Assembly (NCBI GenBank): GCA_040285825.1
Contig: JAUPSS010000009.1
Span: 682,001 to 746,000, forward strand
Direction: 5' to 3'
From: Eukaryota sp. TZLM1-RC
Taxonomy: Eukaryota > Protista > Metamonada: BaSk clade
DNA length: 64,000 nucleotides
Part shown: one piece after another, positions 44,336 to 56,549 of the stretch
Numbering within the stretch: position 1 is the first letter of the stretch
Layout of the letters: the number at the start of each line of letters is the position of its first letter
Notes under the pieces: model-generated
The model's database searches: none
What the model saw: the letters and a program-made list of their open reading frames with translations, nothing else
What the model was told of the DNA's origin: nothing
Position numbers and translations under genes: made by a program

Positions 44336-44699
44336 AAATAGACTCAATTCGAGATTTCCCTTTCAAATTTCCCTTTCAAAAATGTCGCCAAATAAATACT
44401 ATAAGTGAAACAGCAATTGCAACCTTTTGATGATGATAACAATTCCAGATATGTGACTATTCATATTTATACAGTTTTCGTGAACTTTTCACCAAAGAAT
44501 CACAGAACGAAGCTCTTTAAACGACGATACATTCACAAAATCTTGATGATAGTCTTCCATTTATACAATATGGGGGAGTTTTAAATACTAAATACTTTTA
44601 ATAGTCCAATTCTATCATCATTTTCTTCTTCTATATGATTATAATATTTTCCATGCTTCCCAGCATGAATCCATTGATGAAACCACTGCTGAATCAACA

Positions 44700-44930
44700 T
44701 CTAAACAAAGCAGCCGAAGCAAGCGAACCAAGTAGGGAAGATACAAATGGATGCAAATTGTGTTTTGCATGCTGTTGGATAGAGAACTCGGACAAAGGCA
44801 TCAGAAATCGTCCTCAAAATTTTCTGAAAATAGCAGAAACAAGTCTATGCTGCCAAAATAATCGATCAAATTGATATTGACCCTGCGTTTAACAATCAGT
44901 TCAAAATCTGTCAGTTAAACGTATAGCAGT
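44700..44930 (-). mobile_element. Short decayed A1 retrotransposon RLE fragment
   Basis: Encodes QQHAKHNLHPFVSSLLGSLA, matching the A1 C-terminus. Confidence 0.55.
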
Positions 44931-46333
44931 TGAAGCAGGTGAATCAAATAGAGAAAACACAAAAGGAAAATAATAATATTGCTGTTGGGTAGACAATTTG
45001 AATAAAGGTATTTGTAATGTTTTTCGATAATTACTTGTTTTATATTCGATTGATTCCAATAATCTGTATAATTAACTTTCAACAACCATATCTTGATTAC
45101 TGACATTGGAAAGGTCAACAGACATCAAAGTTAGTGATTGGTATTTTTCGACTACAGTAACAAATTTATTTATAAGGTAATTTATCCGGCCATATTCGGG
45201 AACGAAATCTGTGTTGTCAAACAATAATTCAATTTGTTGACGAAAACATTGGCATTTTAACGAAATACCAATTTGTGAATGGTATGGTGAAATGAATGGA
45301 TTTCAATATCGTCTGATCAAAATCCAAGTCCAAAAGCGACAAGTCTAATTGATCATAGAATTTTATGATGAACTCGCATAATAGAAGTTTTACCTGTTGA
45401 TGTCATGAATTCTTTTATTTTTGAGAAATAAATTCAAGATTTTGCTGACCATGATCAAAAATACCAATAACCACGCTTTTTATTTATATAAATTCATTTA
45501 TTGAAGAACTTAAGAATTAAGGCATCGAAGATTAGTAAATTTCATTATCCTTCTCAATCAGTTGATTTGCTACTTAAATTGGTTTAAAGTATTTAATTTT
45601 GTGTGAACAAATGTATCTTTATTCGGAAACAAATTGACGACGTGAATCTATTAAACATTATTTTGTGAGCAAATTCCCAGCCATAGAAAGAGTAGCTTCA
45701 ATTATTGGCTTCCGAATGCTCAATTGGGCCAAAAATGCGATACACAATTTTTAGCTTCATGGACAATAAAATACCCATTTTTCAAAAACAACGTCGTTAT
45801 ATCGCTAGTAGAGTGACATTTACCATTTGGTGGTTAAAACTAGTTGAAACTAATGGAAAGTGTAAGAAGTTTGAAAAAATTCGTACGTCATAATCATCAC
45901 CAATTTACAATTCATCAAAGGTTTCCATGTTACACATTCGTTAGAATTCTGAAAATCTTGTGAATATCCATTCTTATACTCCCGATTTAGCAAAAACTCT
46001 CTCCTATTCGTGGAAAGATTCTCAAGCAATACTGTGCTTGGGTGGGTGCACCTAAAAGTGGGATGCTTCACAACAAATCTTGATAATTTTGTCCATGTTA
46101 AATAATGTCAACACAAACACGACGGAGAAATCAGCAACCGTCATTATACGGATAATTCAGCCATTCAATATCAACAATTTGATAAACAATTTATTCATTC
46201 ACAACGACACTGGTAATCATCAAATCATTCTGGCAAATGTTAGTCCTGTTTTCTGTTATCCATGAAGCTGTGGTTTTAATAGAAGTGGCAATTCTGAAAT
46301 GAATTACATATTTATATCCAAATTCATCACAAT

Positions 46334-46404
46334 GCGTTCGTGGTTTAGTGGTAGAATACGACGTTGCCATCGTTGTGACCCGGGTTCGATTCCCGGCGGA
46401 CGCA
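46334..46404 (+). tRNA. tRNA-Gly (anticodon GCC)
   Basis: 71-nt cloverleaf: acceptor GCGTTCG/CGGACGC, anticodon arm CGACG-TTGCCAT-CGTTG, T arm CCGGG-TTCGATT-CCCGG. Followed by a TTTTT Pol III terminator. Confidence 0.97.
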
Positions 46405-46539
46405 TTTTTGCTAATCAATGTGTTTCCAGTATCTCAAAGTAACAGAAAAACCATGTAATGGAACTCTAAATAGTCAGAATCTTCCTTCGTTTAGCTGATG
46501 ATCACTTATTTTGAATCCTGCTGTGAATCATTCGGTCAA

Positions 46540-47700
46540 TTTTGTCAGAAATTGAGTTCAACTTTTCAAACAATTTTTTGGTAATTTCATCATTATTTCC
46601 TCAAAACGAACCAAAATGACGAATAACATCAATTGAATATAATTTGGCTTGAATTTCAATACCATCAACTATTGTGGAAACTGGAGAATTCGATAACAAA
46701 ACACATTTAAGTAAATTAAGTCTGAGACCAATTTTGGTAAATAATTCTTTAAAACATACAGTTGCTTGTTCCACAATATTTAAATCACCAATAAGCACAA
46801 CATCATCCATATATGTAATCATTTTTAGCGAAGGAAACATCTCTTGAATTTGCAATAAAATAGGATGAATGGCCAAACAAAACAAAAGAGGTCCTAACGG
46901 ATCTCCTTGCTTTACACCACTTGATGAACTCAAATTGCAATCACCAAAATGTAAATTAGAATATGTGCTATGTGTTGATTGGAAATACGGCATTAATTCC
47001 GGCGTATATTGCAATAAAGCACCATGGATACTGCGACGACTGAATGAATTGAATGCATTACTGAAATCCAATGACATACAAACATTGGATTCATTTTGGC
47101 GAAATAATGAATCAGTAGCAAATATCGCTGAAGAGACTCCATCAGTGGTATAAATTCCATATTGAAAGGGTAATAAAATTTTTTTTGCTTTCTCATTGAA
47201 CCTGCTCAAGCAACACACAGAAAAAATATTTTGTAAGCTCTCAGAGACTGCAATAGGTCGAACATCCATTTTTGAATTTTTGACAAGTGTAGTCAAACGA
47301 GAACTTCTTAATTCTTCTGGATATCTGAGTTGACCAATCAATATTTTGTTGAAAAATTTGGTTAATAAACCAAGACAATCCTCTGAAGAAATAATTGCGG
47401 CTTTTACATGATCGATAGTAATACCAGAAAGTCCGGCAGACTTACCGCGTGGTCTTTTTTTATCACGGAAAACACTTCTGATGGCATCAATGGATAATTT
47501 TCCCAGTATGTGCCGTAAAAATTTTGATCCATTGTAGGGTCTTCATAAAGATGAAGTATTTTTAGTTTATCTATTGTATTTTGGTTGTTGGGTGCATTAA
47601 CTCCAGGATTTAAAGCTGACAAAGCCCTGGACCATTTGTTGTCAAAGCATTTGTCTTCAAAAATTCTACTTAATTTCTCAGCTGACTGATTTCTTGGTGC
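46540..47700 (-). mobile_element. Decayed CRE-like retrotransposon RT fragment (distinct subfamily)
   Basis: RPIAVSE, QYGI, DFSNAFNS, GVKQGDPLGP, YMDD and GLRLN..KC. Frameshifted upstream; 3' part missing. Confidence 0.85.
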
Positions 47701-47853
47701 TATATTAGTTAAATTTTCGGCATTATTTACGAAATTAGTCTAATACATTGAGTTAACGATAATATTTATTAAGAAAATAATAGAAAAATTATACTATTCA
47801 AACTTGAAGAAAAAGAATGGTTACCAAAAACTGTACTAACAATGGGGCCAACG

Positions 47854-48141
47854 TTATGGCTGGGGTCTCGTAACCGGATTGGGATCTAGTTGTTCTAACG
47901 TCTTGACCAGATGTTGGATTCTATATTCCATCTTCGAAACCTTGTCTGAAAGTTCCTTATTCTGTTTCTGCAACTTGGTATTGGAGTCTTCAAGTTGTTT
48001 GCGATGCTCATCATCGGAGATAATGCTCGAACGCAACTCATACAATCGAGACCGGAAATCCGACAGATCGACGGTACAAGAACCTTCGAAAGATAATCCT
48101 AGACGATATTCTATGTGTTGAACTCTTTCTTCAAGACTCAT
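47854..48141 (-). CDS. Small coiled-coil protein (95 aa)
   Basis: ATG at 48141; coiled coil ending KMEYRIQHLVKTL; codon usage like that of host genes. Confidence 0.6.
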   Translation of the reverse strand: MSLEERVQHIEYRLGLSFEGSCTVDLSDFRSRLYELRSSIISDDEHRKQLEDSNTKLQKQNKELSDKVSKMEYRIQHLVKTLEQLDPNPVTRPQP

Positions 48142-49334
48142 TGCAGTTGAAAGGTAGAACAAAGTATATTTTTTGATGAAATCAGCAACAATGATTTGTT
48201 TAAAGGGGGTGATTTTGGTCCAATATTCTTGAGTCAATCATGAGCTTCCCCTACTCAACTCTCTGTCATCTACTCAACTCTCTGTCATCTATTGAAGAGT
48301 GCGGCTTCAGAAATAATTTGAAGATTAAATACCTCAAAATGGTTTATATCATACTTGTGAAAAGGAGTATATTTGAGTTAAGAAGTTAATTCTCATTAAT
48401 AATTATGTCAAAAGAATAACTAAATCTGAACTGAATTGAAATAAATGGAATGAACATTATAAAATTCCTACCAGAGAAAACTAACTTTCCCTATTAACAA
48501 TAAACGTGAAACACTGAGCTTCCAACACTCTTAAGCCACTGTTCATTGTGTGATTCTATCATTCTACTCCATATATCAGACCACCATACACCAGATTCTC
48601 TAGCAGAAGAGATGCAATACGAACAATTGAGAGCTTGAAATAAATAGTAGTTTATTGAACTTGCACACTGAACAAAACAAACTAATAACAAACTGGACGA
48701 AATTTGCTGAATCAAGATTTCTTCTACACAAAGTTGATTTGCTTGAAATGCTTGTTCATTGTATGGGTTTTTCGTTTTAGCCTTTCGAATGAGTAATCAT
48801 ATCCCCAGTGAAATGCAGATATTAGCAACTATTCCTCTTGCTGAAACTTCAAAAGGAAATGATTCAACCAAAAAATATAAATTTGCTAATAACAATTCAA
48901 GATACTGATATTTCGTACTTTTGAATGTATGTCGATTATTTTAATTATTGTTCCATCTGTGATATCAACTCACAAACCAGGAATGTTTTCATCTGTATTG
49001 TTTGAGACAAGTATCAGGTCTTCGCTGACTCGCAAACAAAGCAAAATTTGTATCGTGATTTGAAGGATACGGTAAAACCCAGTTAAATTTATAAAAATCT
49101 AGAAATCGATGTAGGAAGTTACCTTTGTTTATTTCGAAGATTTGAAAACTTGGACAATTGCAAAAAATGTGATACAACGAAGCTGGTCCAGATCAGTATG
49201 ATGACCACCCTGGAGACAATAGTTGAGATTAATCATCACGTTTTTCCAAATTGGAGCAAGAGCTTTCTTGTCAAATAGATGGATAACTATGGTGAAAATT
49301 TTTTTGTTTACAATTTCATTCTATTCAACAACAA

Positions 49335-49460
49335 ATAAGGAGAAGCTTTAGCTAGACAGCAAGCAGATCAAGATTTTATAGAGGAAATCTTGGTTAAATG
49401 ATGGTCGTCCCATTAGATATGAATTAATTTAATTGAGTGTGCAAATTCAATAAATAAATA
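49335..49460 (+). mobile_element. Family-B retrotransposon 3' end (closest match to the SINE tail)
   Basis: GAAGCTTTAGCTAGACAGCAAGCAGATCAAGATTT..GAAATCTTGGTT..GTCGTCCCATTAG..GTGTGCAAATTCAATAAA. Confidence 0.8.
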
Positions 49461-49479
49461 TTGTACAACAAATATGAAA

Positions 49480-50660
49480 ACATAAAATACAAAATTAAAA
49501 CTCCACATCCTAAAAACCTATATCCCCTACATCAAAACAATTAATTGCCGAAGATTCGTAAAATTTCCCAAAAGGAGAGAGTGAATCAGAAATTAGTTTT
49601 ACCATTCTCTTGAAAATGGTAAATACCATCCTGTTTTGCCAGTAAACACAATTGAAAATTCTTCCAGTTCTTTCATTTACTAATACAACAGAATCTTCAA
49701 GGAAAGCCATAGCAGTCTAACCCAAAGATCCAAGCAAAGAAAATACAAAGGGACATATATTATATTGGGCATGAGAATTTTCATTAGTCAAGGAAATGGG
49801 CTTCGCATATTTAGCAATTTTATATTTTTCGCCTGCAAGAAGAGGATTATTAACATCCGAATTAATGAGATGTTCGTTAGAAGAATAACAACGGTCAATA
49901 GTCATGGCGTCTAAAATAGTAAAACTACCATTTAAACCGGGAACAAATAGATCACCTCTTGTCGGACCCATAGAAGCACTGTTGTAACACGTATTATCAA
50001 TATTGGGGTCATCAGGAATTAATTTTGATAACAACGGCTCTAAAAAAGAATCCACTCGATATGATTTACACATTTACACATTACATAAATTTGGTCCCTG
50101 ACATAATTATGGACTTTACTTCTAAATGTGATGAAATGTTCACAGTTTAAAAGATGAGTAAACACAATAGGTTTACCACATTTACACGTTAAATGATTGG
50201 GTAAATTGTTTGTTGATAGAAAGCAACGAAAACGCATGTTTAAAAACCATTCATTGTTTTTTGACAAAAGTCCATAAACAGAGGGAATTTGAGTTACTAA
50301 AGCAGCAGCAGAGCTATCACGAATATCCTTTAAAAAATTACCGAAAGCGGGATTTTTAGTTTTGGCCAAGCCAAGTCTTACTTCATAATCCAAACCTTCA
50401 TATAATTTAACCAGATGGTGCTGAAGCTTTTTCAAGCAAGAACGTAAATTTGGAAGTGATCGGGTGGGAATTTCTTGAACATTTTGAGGGAAACACTGAA
50501 TCCAGATATCACTAGGCAAATCATCTAATTCAATTTGAAGTTGATTCAAATAAAAATAAGATTCACCATGGATCAGATGAACATCATAAGGAAACCTTTG
50601 GAAAATTCCAAAATAAATAATTTTCCACCTCCTAAAGCATTCGCTTTACACAAAATCATG
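49480..50660 (-). mobile_element. Decayed CRE-like retrotransposon 3' half (CCHC and RLE)
   Basis: ORFs 50040-50549, 49717-50073 and 49510-49710 are consecutive frameshifted pieces: CKCG..HLLNC, RGDL, EKYKIAKY and WQNRMVF. Confidence 0.82.
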
Positions 50661-50664
50661 TTTC

Positions 50665-51090
50665 CCTGCTGAAAGAAACACTTTCTCTGAATAATTTTGC
50701 TTTTAATGACGGAGGTGATGTATACTGTGATTGGATTGATTACTCTGAAGCTATTGTTGACTTTGTCTCATGTAATGTTGCAAATGATACTTTGGTTCAC
50801 AGAAGAAAACTTAATCCTGTGACTGCTCTTGATTTTCAAGCAAAAGAGAAACATAGAAAATATGATAAAGATATTGAAGAGGCTAATGCTTTTCCATTAT
50901 CGATAAATGGAAGATTATCAGATGAAGCAGAAATTTATTTGAATGACTTCCAAAAAATGGTGCAAGAAAAAACAATGAAAAGATTTGATATTTTTTTATG
51001 GCGTTCACGGATTCATTTTGCCATTATTAATAGATTAACTCGGTTTTTCAATCGAATAAGAGAAGCTTTAGCTAGACAACAAGCAGAAAT
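50665..51090 (+). mobile_element. Family-B retrotransposon RLE fragment
   Basis: PLLKETLSLNNF..GDVYCDW..IVDFVSCNV..EKHRKY..SINGRL..EALARQQA. Confidence 0.75.
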
Positions 51091-51669
51091 CGAAATGATG
51101 ATGAAAAATCATTACATTTGTTGTTATTTTCATTATTTGTTTTGGTTCTTGGTCACAACAAATTCAAGGTTTTTTAATCAACATTATTTTTCCTTTTCAC
51201 TTTTCTGCTTGTTAGATCTCTTATTAATTCAAAACTATACATTCACTGCAATAATTCATTGTCAAAGGTACACAAAGATTGGAGTAATACCAGGAGGATC
51301 CCATAGGTATTGTAGGCTTGTAGTGAATCAGAGAAAGGAATGGGGTTTGAAATTCAAGAATAAACTTTTATATATGTTTATTGGCATATTCATAAATAAT
51401 CAGCTTCGAAGAAAGGGGCCGTTTCTGAATAGTTATTTCTGAAATTACAAAACTATACTGTTAGTGTATCTTCCATGGACACTACTACACCAATATGATG
51501 TCCAAGTAAAAAAGGAAAATTGAGGAAATATCTTGCTTAATGTAGAGTTTATAGCTTAATAAATACATCAAAAAGTATGCACAAACGCCCTTAATGTTAT
51601 AGAAAAGGCTGATACCTCAAAAAATACACAATCTAGACTAACATAATACAGAAGAACAAAAGCCTAGGG

Positions 51670-52305
51670 TTACGAGTTAAGCAGCCACGGTAGGGAACTC
51701 GTTCGATCTCCATAGTCAACGAAGAGCTGTTCTCCCTTAGATATATCCCTGCAGGCAAAGAAAACCAGTCGTGGTATCCTATTGACAGGAACTACTTTGG
51801 ATTTCACATTCGGATTGAGGTAGCTATGATTAACATAGCGACCATAACCCCAACAAGGATGTGGCTCTGTGGCATCTAGAGCAAACTTGGTAGATTTATA
51901 TTCTACAAAAAAAACATAACCTACTTCGGAATCAGAGTTGATAAGTATTTCTTCGCCATCTTTCCAACTAATGCGTTCACCCATGTACTCCAGCAAGAGA
52001 CTACCACGAGAAATATTGTCAGAAGCAAATACACCGAGCCCGATCGGATGAGCATTTTTTATTTCGAGTGGAACAAAAGGATCGAAACAAGAGGGGCTGC
52101 GAGCAGCTATACGCTTGGCAGCTTCACTAAGATCTTTGGACGTAGCCTCCCATGGAGGACTACGGATAGTGCGGAGAGGTCTACGTGTCCTAAGAGCAGG
52201 TTTGGGCTGAGGTTGAGGCTTTGTAGGTGCTTTAACAAGTTTATCATTGCGCCTACGTTGAACAAGATAACTCAAATCAGTCTGTCTAAGGGTTTTGGAC
52301 ACCAT
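51670..52305 (-). CDS. SET-domain lysine methyltransferase, SETD8/PR-Set7-like
   Basis: GLGVFA, LLEYMGE, DAT, GRYVNHS..PN, RDISKGEQLFVDYGDR..PWL. ATG at 52305. Confidence 0.85.
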   Translation of the reverse strand: MVSKTLRQTDLSYLVQRRRNDKLVKAPTKPQPQPKPALRTRRPLRTIRSPPWEATSKDLSEAAKRIAARSPSCFDPFVPLEIKNAHPIGLGVFASDNISRGSLLLEYMGERISWKDGEEILINSDSEVGYVFFVEYKSTKFALDATEPHPCWGYGRYVNHSYLNPNVKSKVVPVNRIPRLVFFACRDISKGEQLFVDYGDRTSSLPWLLNS

Positions 52306-53003
52306 GTTGGTGAGGAGGATTAAGACTGGTGATTCTTGGCGCCAAAAAATTGTATTGCGTTGGAAAAAGGGACCTTCACAATTTTCAAACAGCACAGGAT
52401 GTTTTGGGGTTTATTCACAAGAGAACACATATGAAAATGAATTTTGTATGATACTTCAAACCTGCAATCGCATAATTCAAAACATCACTCACTGTACATG
52501 AATAATGTAGTTTTGAACAGATTATATGAAAATGTATTTCTAAATTTTAACCACAATTGTTGTTATTTAACAACAATTAGCCCTGCGAAAACAATTAATC
52601 CAAAAGTTTGTAGAGGATGAACTGGCTCAATAAATCAAGCCCCTTAATTTAAGCTATAATATATTGTTTTTTGATTCACATTAAGATCAACATCCAACAA
52701 ATCAACTTTCTTATACAAACTCTGCACCATCGTTGAAAGTTAATAAACAAAGGCCAACTCAAAATTCACTCAAAATTTTGGTAGAAATCTGGTGATCCAT
52801 AATTAACTTTATCCTTTTTCCACCGTAGTCACCACAAATATTGTTATTATTATTATAAAAATACTCAAGAAATAGTAGTTTCTTTGTGATTTAATACAAA
52901 CATGTGATATAATGGGAGAGGAAAAATTATAAAAGCAGTAATAAAAAAAGAAAAAGTAATTGTACTGAACCAACTTTAATATACAAATTATTTACAACCA
53001 AAA

Positions 53004-53675
53004 TTAACATTTACGAGTCAAATTAAGCAACAAATTATAATTACTTTTCTTTCCTTCTTCAAACAACTCTTTAGCAGGAGGAGACAGCCACTGATGAGAA
53101 TCAAAAAACTTGAGGTTGTCTTGATTCCATTTGCACTGTGGAATTTCCTTTTGGAATTGATGCTCCAACTCTCTTCGCAAATTCTCAGCCTGTTCAGCAT
53201 ATGATTCTGATGCAAGATGAGCAACATCAGCATCACGGATGATGCACTGCAAGAGTCGTAAATGATCAGATTCTGTATTCTGAACGTCAAATGAGAGGTT
53301 AGTCGCTATGATTAGGGAAGAGACAGTTGTAATGTCTGACTCAGAAAAACATGGGTATCGTGCCATAAAGTTGGAGGCAAACTGGGCACCTATTGGTTCG
53401 TTGTCAGAGTACATGTTTTTGTATCCCACATCGTGAAAGAGGGCTGCAAGACGTAGAAGAAATATATCGTCACTGCTTAGCTTTGCCAATCGACCAAGAC
53501 GATCACACCATCCCAAAACCCAGCTTAAAGTATGGGCAATATTGTGATAGAACAGGTGATCAGCGATAGACATTAAAAGTTCACTCACTTCTTCAAAAGC
53601 ATCATCAAACGCTGCCAGCTTATCAGGGGAAACTTCCAATGATGGCAGTTTTGCTGGAGCAATCGGAAAAGACAT
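53004..53675 (-). CDS. HD-domain metal-dependent phosphohydrolase (bacterial-type)
   Basis: YHNIAHT, AALFHDVG, LIIAT, IIRDADVAHL, LRRE, W...NLKF..H and K..N. Confidence 0.85.
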   Translation of the reverse strand: MSFPIAPAKLPSLEVSPDKLAAFDDAFEEVSELLMSIADHLFYHNIAHTLSWVLGWCDRLGRLAKLSSDDIFLLRLAALFHDVGYKNMYSDNEPIGAQFASNFMARYPCFSESDITTVSSLIIATNLSFDVQNTESDHLRLLQCIIRDADVAHLASESYAEQAENLRRELEHQFQKEIPQCKWNQDNLKFFDSHQWLSPPAKELFEEGKKSNYNLLLNLTRKC

Positions 53676-53883
53676 GAGTTAAACAGACATAATTTGCACT
53701 AGTAATTTGCTAGAAGTAATCAAATGTTTTCCCCAATCAATTCAAGACATTCTGAACTGATCTCTTTTTAATTTGCAATTTTGCTGTAAGAAGCTTCAAC
53801 AAAAATTGTCAAAAATTTTGAAAGCTTGGATTTTGATGCTGGACCTGGCTTGGCCAAGAAAAAGAATCCCGCTTTTGCAAATC

Positions 53884-55444
53884 TTTTTTTTTATTCGATG
53901 AAATTTATTTTGAACGCTAACATAACATTAAACAAAAAACTAGAACTCAATATCCTCAATACACGCATCAACATCATCAAATCTCTTAAGCGCGCGATTT
54001 TCATACTCTAATCCTAATTGTAACAGTGCTTTGGTCAACATTTCTGGAATTGCTTTAGGAATACTGAAAACAATTCTATTGTGCCAGAAATTGAAGTTCA
54101 ATTTTTTTTCTGCTCTTTCTTTTATTAAACTTCTGAAACCTTCAAGAAATTTAATGCCAGATTTTCCAATGTTACCAAAAAGAGAAACAGCAAATGGAAC
54201 CAACTGATACTTGACATGCTCAACACGTCCTAGCTGAGATAAGGGTTCACTTTACTTTTTGATTTTGCTCATTTCAGCAAAGCAAAGTGGAGTTTCATCT
54301 CTTTTAGGAAAATCAATTGCTGAGTCTTTACAAACGTCAACATTGACAACATCAACAACTTTAATAACACCATGAGACGCAGGGGTAATTAAATCAGCAC
54401 GGCGTTTCCCAAAAGTATTTTCATCTTCATTTTCAGATGACAACCTTCGCACAAGTGGTTCAACAAAAGCTTCAATGTGATGACTTTTGCACATAGCGTA
54501 TAGTTGGTCTCTAACAGCATCGTGAACAACTGAGCGATATGTAATATTAAATTTGCAATTAAATAAATGATTCAGATTAATGAGCTGACCACAACGACAA
54601 ATCAAATCATTTGGCACACTACATGGCCACAGAAAACACCTCATCCTGAAGGCAGTTGTCCATTGATGATCATTTAATAATAGACCATATACATTTGGAA
54701 TCTGGGAAATAAGACAACTTGAGCTACTATCCTTGAGGTCAATTAAAAAGTTTGCAAAAACGGGATTCTCTTCTTTAGCCAAGCTAAGACGAACAGTGAA
54801 ATCCAAGTTTTCAAAAACTTTTAATATCTTTTTCTTTTTTTTTATATTTATTGAATTTGCACACTTGATTAAATTAAATCATAACTAATGGGACGACTAT
54901 CATTAAACCAAGATTTCCTCTACAAAATCTTGGTTTGCTAAAACATCCACTCCCGCGGTGGGACTTGAACCCACAATCCTTCGATTAAGAGTCGAATGCG
55001 TTAACCGATTGCGCTTTTTCTGCAATTTAGCATATGCAAATTTCAAGGAAATCAAACTCCTGGGTGGAATTTCTTGAATATCAGCAGGAAAGCATTTGGA
55101 CCATATGTGAGGAGAGATGCATTCAATTTCACTCTGCAAGGACACTAAATAGTCACTAACACAACATTCTATTAAATGCTGGTTTTCAGGAAAACGTTTC
55201 AAAAATTCAAAGACAAAATTTTTTCCTCCACCGATGAATGCGGCTTTACACAAATATTTTGATTTGTGAAAATCCAGGCCTCCCAATTCTGTGCTACAAA
55301 AAATATGACTACGTAAAAAAGAAGAATCAATATCGAGCAAATTAGCCAAAAATTTTGTTCTTAATTCATTAAAAATTCTGCAAAATTCGAGAGAAATAGA
55401 TGGTGATGTTGATCGTAAAATACGAGTAAATTTCCCTGAATAAC
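53884..55444 (-). mobile_element. 5'-truncated subfamily A2 retrotransposon inserted in an A1 copy, with TSD
   Basis: Highly similar to 38790-40156. TTTTGCAAATC(TTTT) is duplicated at 53873-53887 and 55446-55460; poly-T at 53884-53892. Confidence 0.88.
54835..55013 (-). mobile_element. tRNA-Lys(CTT)-derived SINE with family-B LINE tail, poly(A) and 7-bp TSD
   Basis: tRNA part 55014-54950 (anticodon arm TTCGA-CTCTTAA-TCGAA, B box GGTTCAAGTCC, first ~9 nt absent), then a tail matching 49365-49458 and an A-run. CTTTTTC duplicated at 54828-54834 and 55014-55020. The empty site is seen at 39721-39740. Confidence 0.88.
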
Positions 55445-56549
55445 TTTTTGCAAATCTTTTACAAGATATGTGTGATAGTACATCTTCTGCTTTAGTAACA
55501 ACAATTCCTCAAGTTTATGGTACTCTCTTAACTGATTCTGCTTGGACTCTGAATATGAGAATTCGTTCCTTTATCTGGCCTGATAATTTACCTCATAATT
55601 TCATTTGTAGATGTTTTCGAAGAATTTCAATTACTCATTTGTTAAATTGTAAACATTTTATTACTTTTAGAAACAAGGTTCACGATGCTGTAAGAGACCA
55701 ATTATATTTTATGTGTAAGTCTCATAGACTAGAATTCTTTTTGGAACCTCTGTTGTCAAATCTGTTTGATGCTGAAGATGATTTTCATAAGAATAATAGA
55801 GGTGATGTCATATTACCTGGATTAGATGGAACCTTCATTTTATTGAATTGTAATGTCTGTTCATCATTGTAATGTCTCACACGAAAGGCTTGTTAATTCT
55901 GAAATTCATAATCCTTTTTCAAATGCTGAAAATTTCAAAATCAAAAAATACAATAAACCTTTGTCAAAATTGTCCAGTCAACAGCATGCAAAATACAATT
56001 TGTATCCATTTGTATTTTCTCTTTTTGGTTCACTCGCTCCAACGGCTATACGTTTTTTGGAAGATTTTGGAATGATTGTTAAGACAAGAACCAACAGAAA
56101 TTTCAACAGATTGTTTTGGCAAAAGAGAAGCGTGTCTTCTATTTTGAAGGGGATGTTGAAGATGGTTTATGATGGTTTGCTTTCTCTTGGATCTCACTAT
56201 GAGAGAGTTGCATCTAATTGTTTTTTTTGGAAGAGATGGACTATTTAGATGTTGATTTATAAGTTTTTTAATAAGTAAATATTAACTAAAAAAGAGTTAT
56301 CATATCAATATTTTATTTTTGTTTGAAAGAACAACAAAAATCCCCCGTCATTAGTTTTGATGGAGTATCAGTAGGTGAAAGGCTTAGTTAAGGTTGGTTT
56401 TTGAAACTAAAATTGTAAGTGTTTTGTGCTCAACCACCATTATTTTGTGAGGAAATGCAAATTAAGACCAATTAATCAGTTCGACCCTTAACTATCTAAT
56501 AGGACATCTTCTATACCTTCTTTCCTTATAATTTCTTCCTACAACTCTT

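Larger units (their letters stand above)
53720..56275 (+). mobile_element. Subfamily A1 retrotransposon copy, split at 53883/55445 by an inserted A2 copy
   Basis: 53720-53883 and 55446-56275 join to give sequence colinear with 24484-25450. Confidence 0.85.

Noticed and set aside
46334-47700. RT fragment next to tRNA-Gly, suggesting tRNA-targeted insertion
   Set aside because: The element's 3' end and TSD are missing and other copies are not beside tRNAs. Chance proximity is enough.
48251-48291. 19-bp tandem duplication CTACTCAACTCTCTGTCAT
   Set aside because: A simple slippage-type duplication in intergenic DNA with no further structure.
48480-49200. Coding-like decayed sequence, as also at 30500-30990, 33130-33600, 38400-38770 with 41330-41600, and 45100-45900
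   Set aside because: Probably pseudogene or transposon debris, but no motif could be identified.
54950-55014. Functional tRNA-Lys gene
   Set aside because: It lacks the 5' acceptor strand, has a D-stem mismatch and is embedded in a TSD-flanked insertion. Treated as a SINE head.
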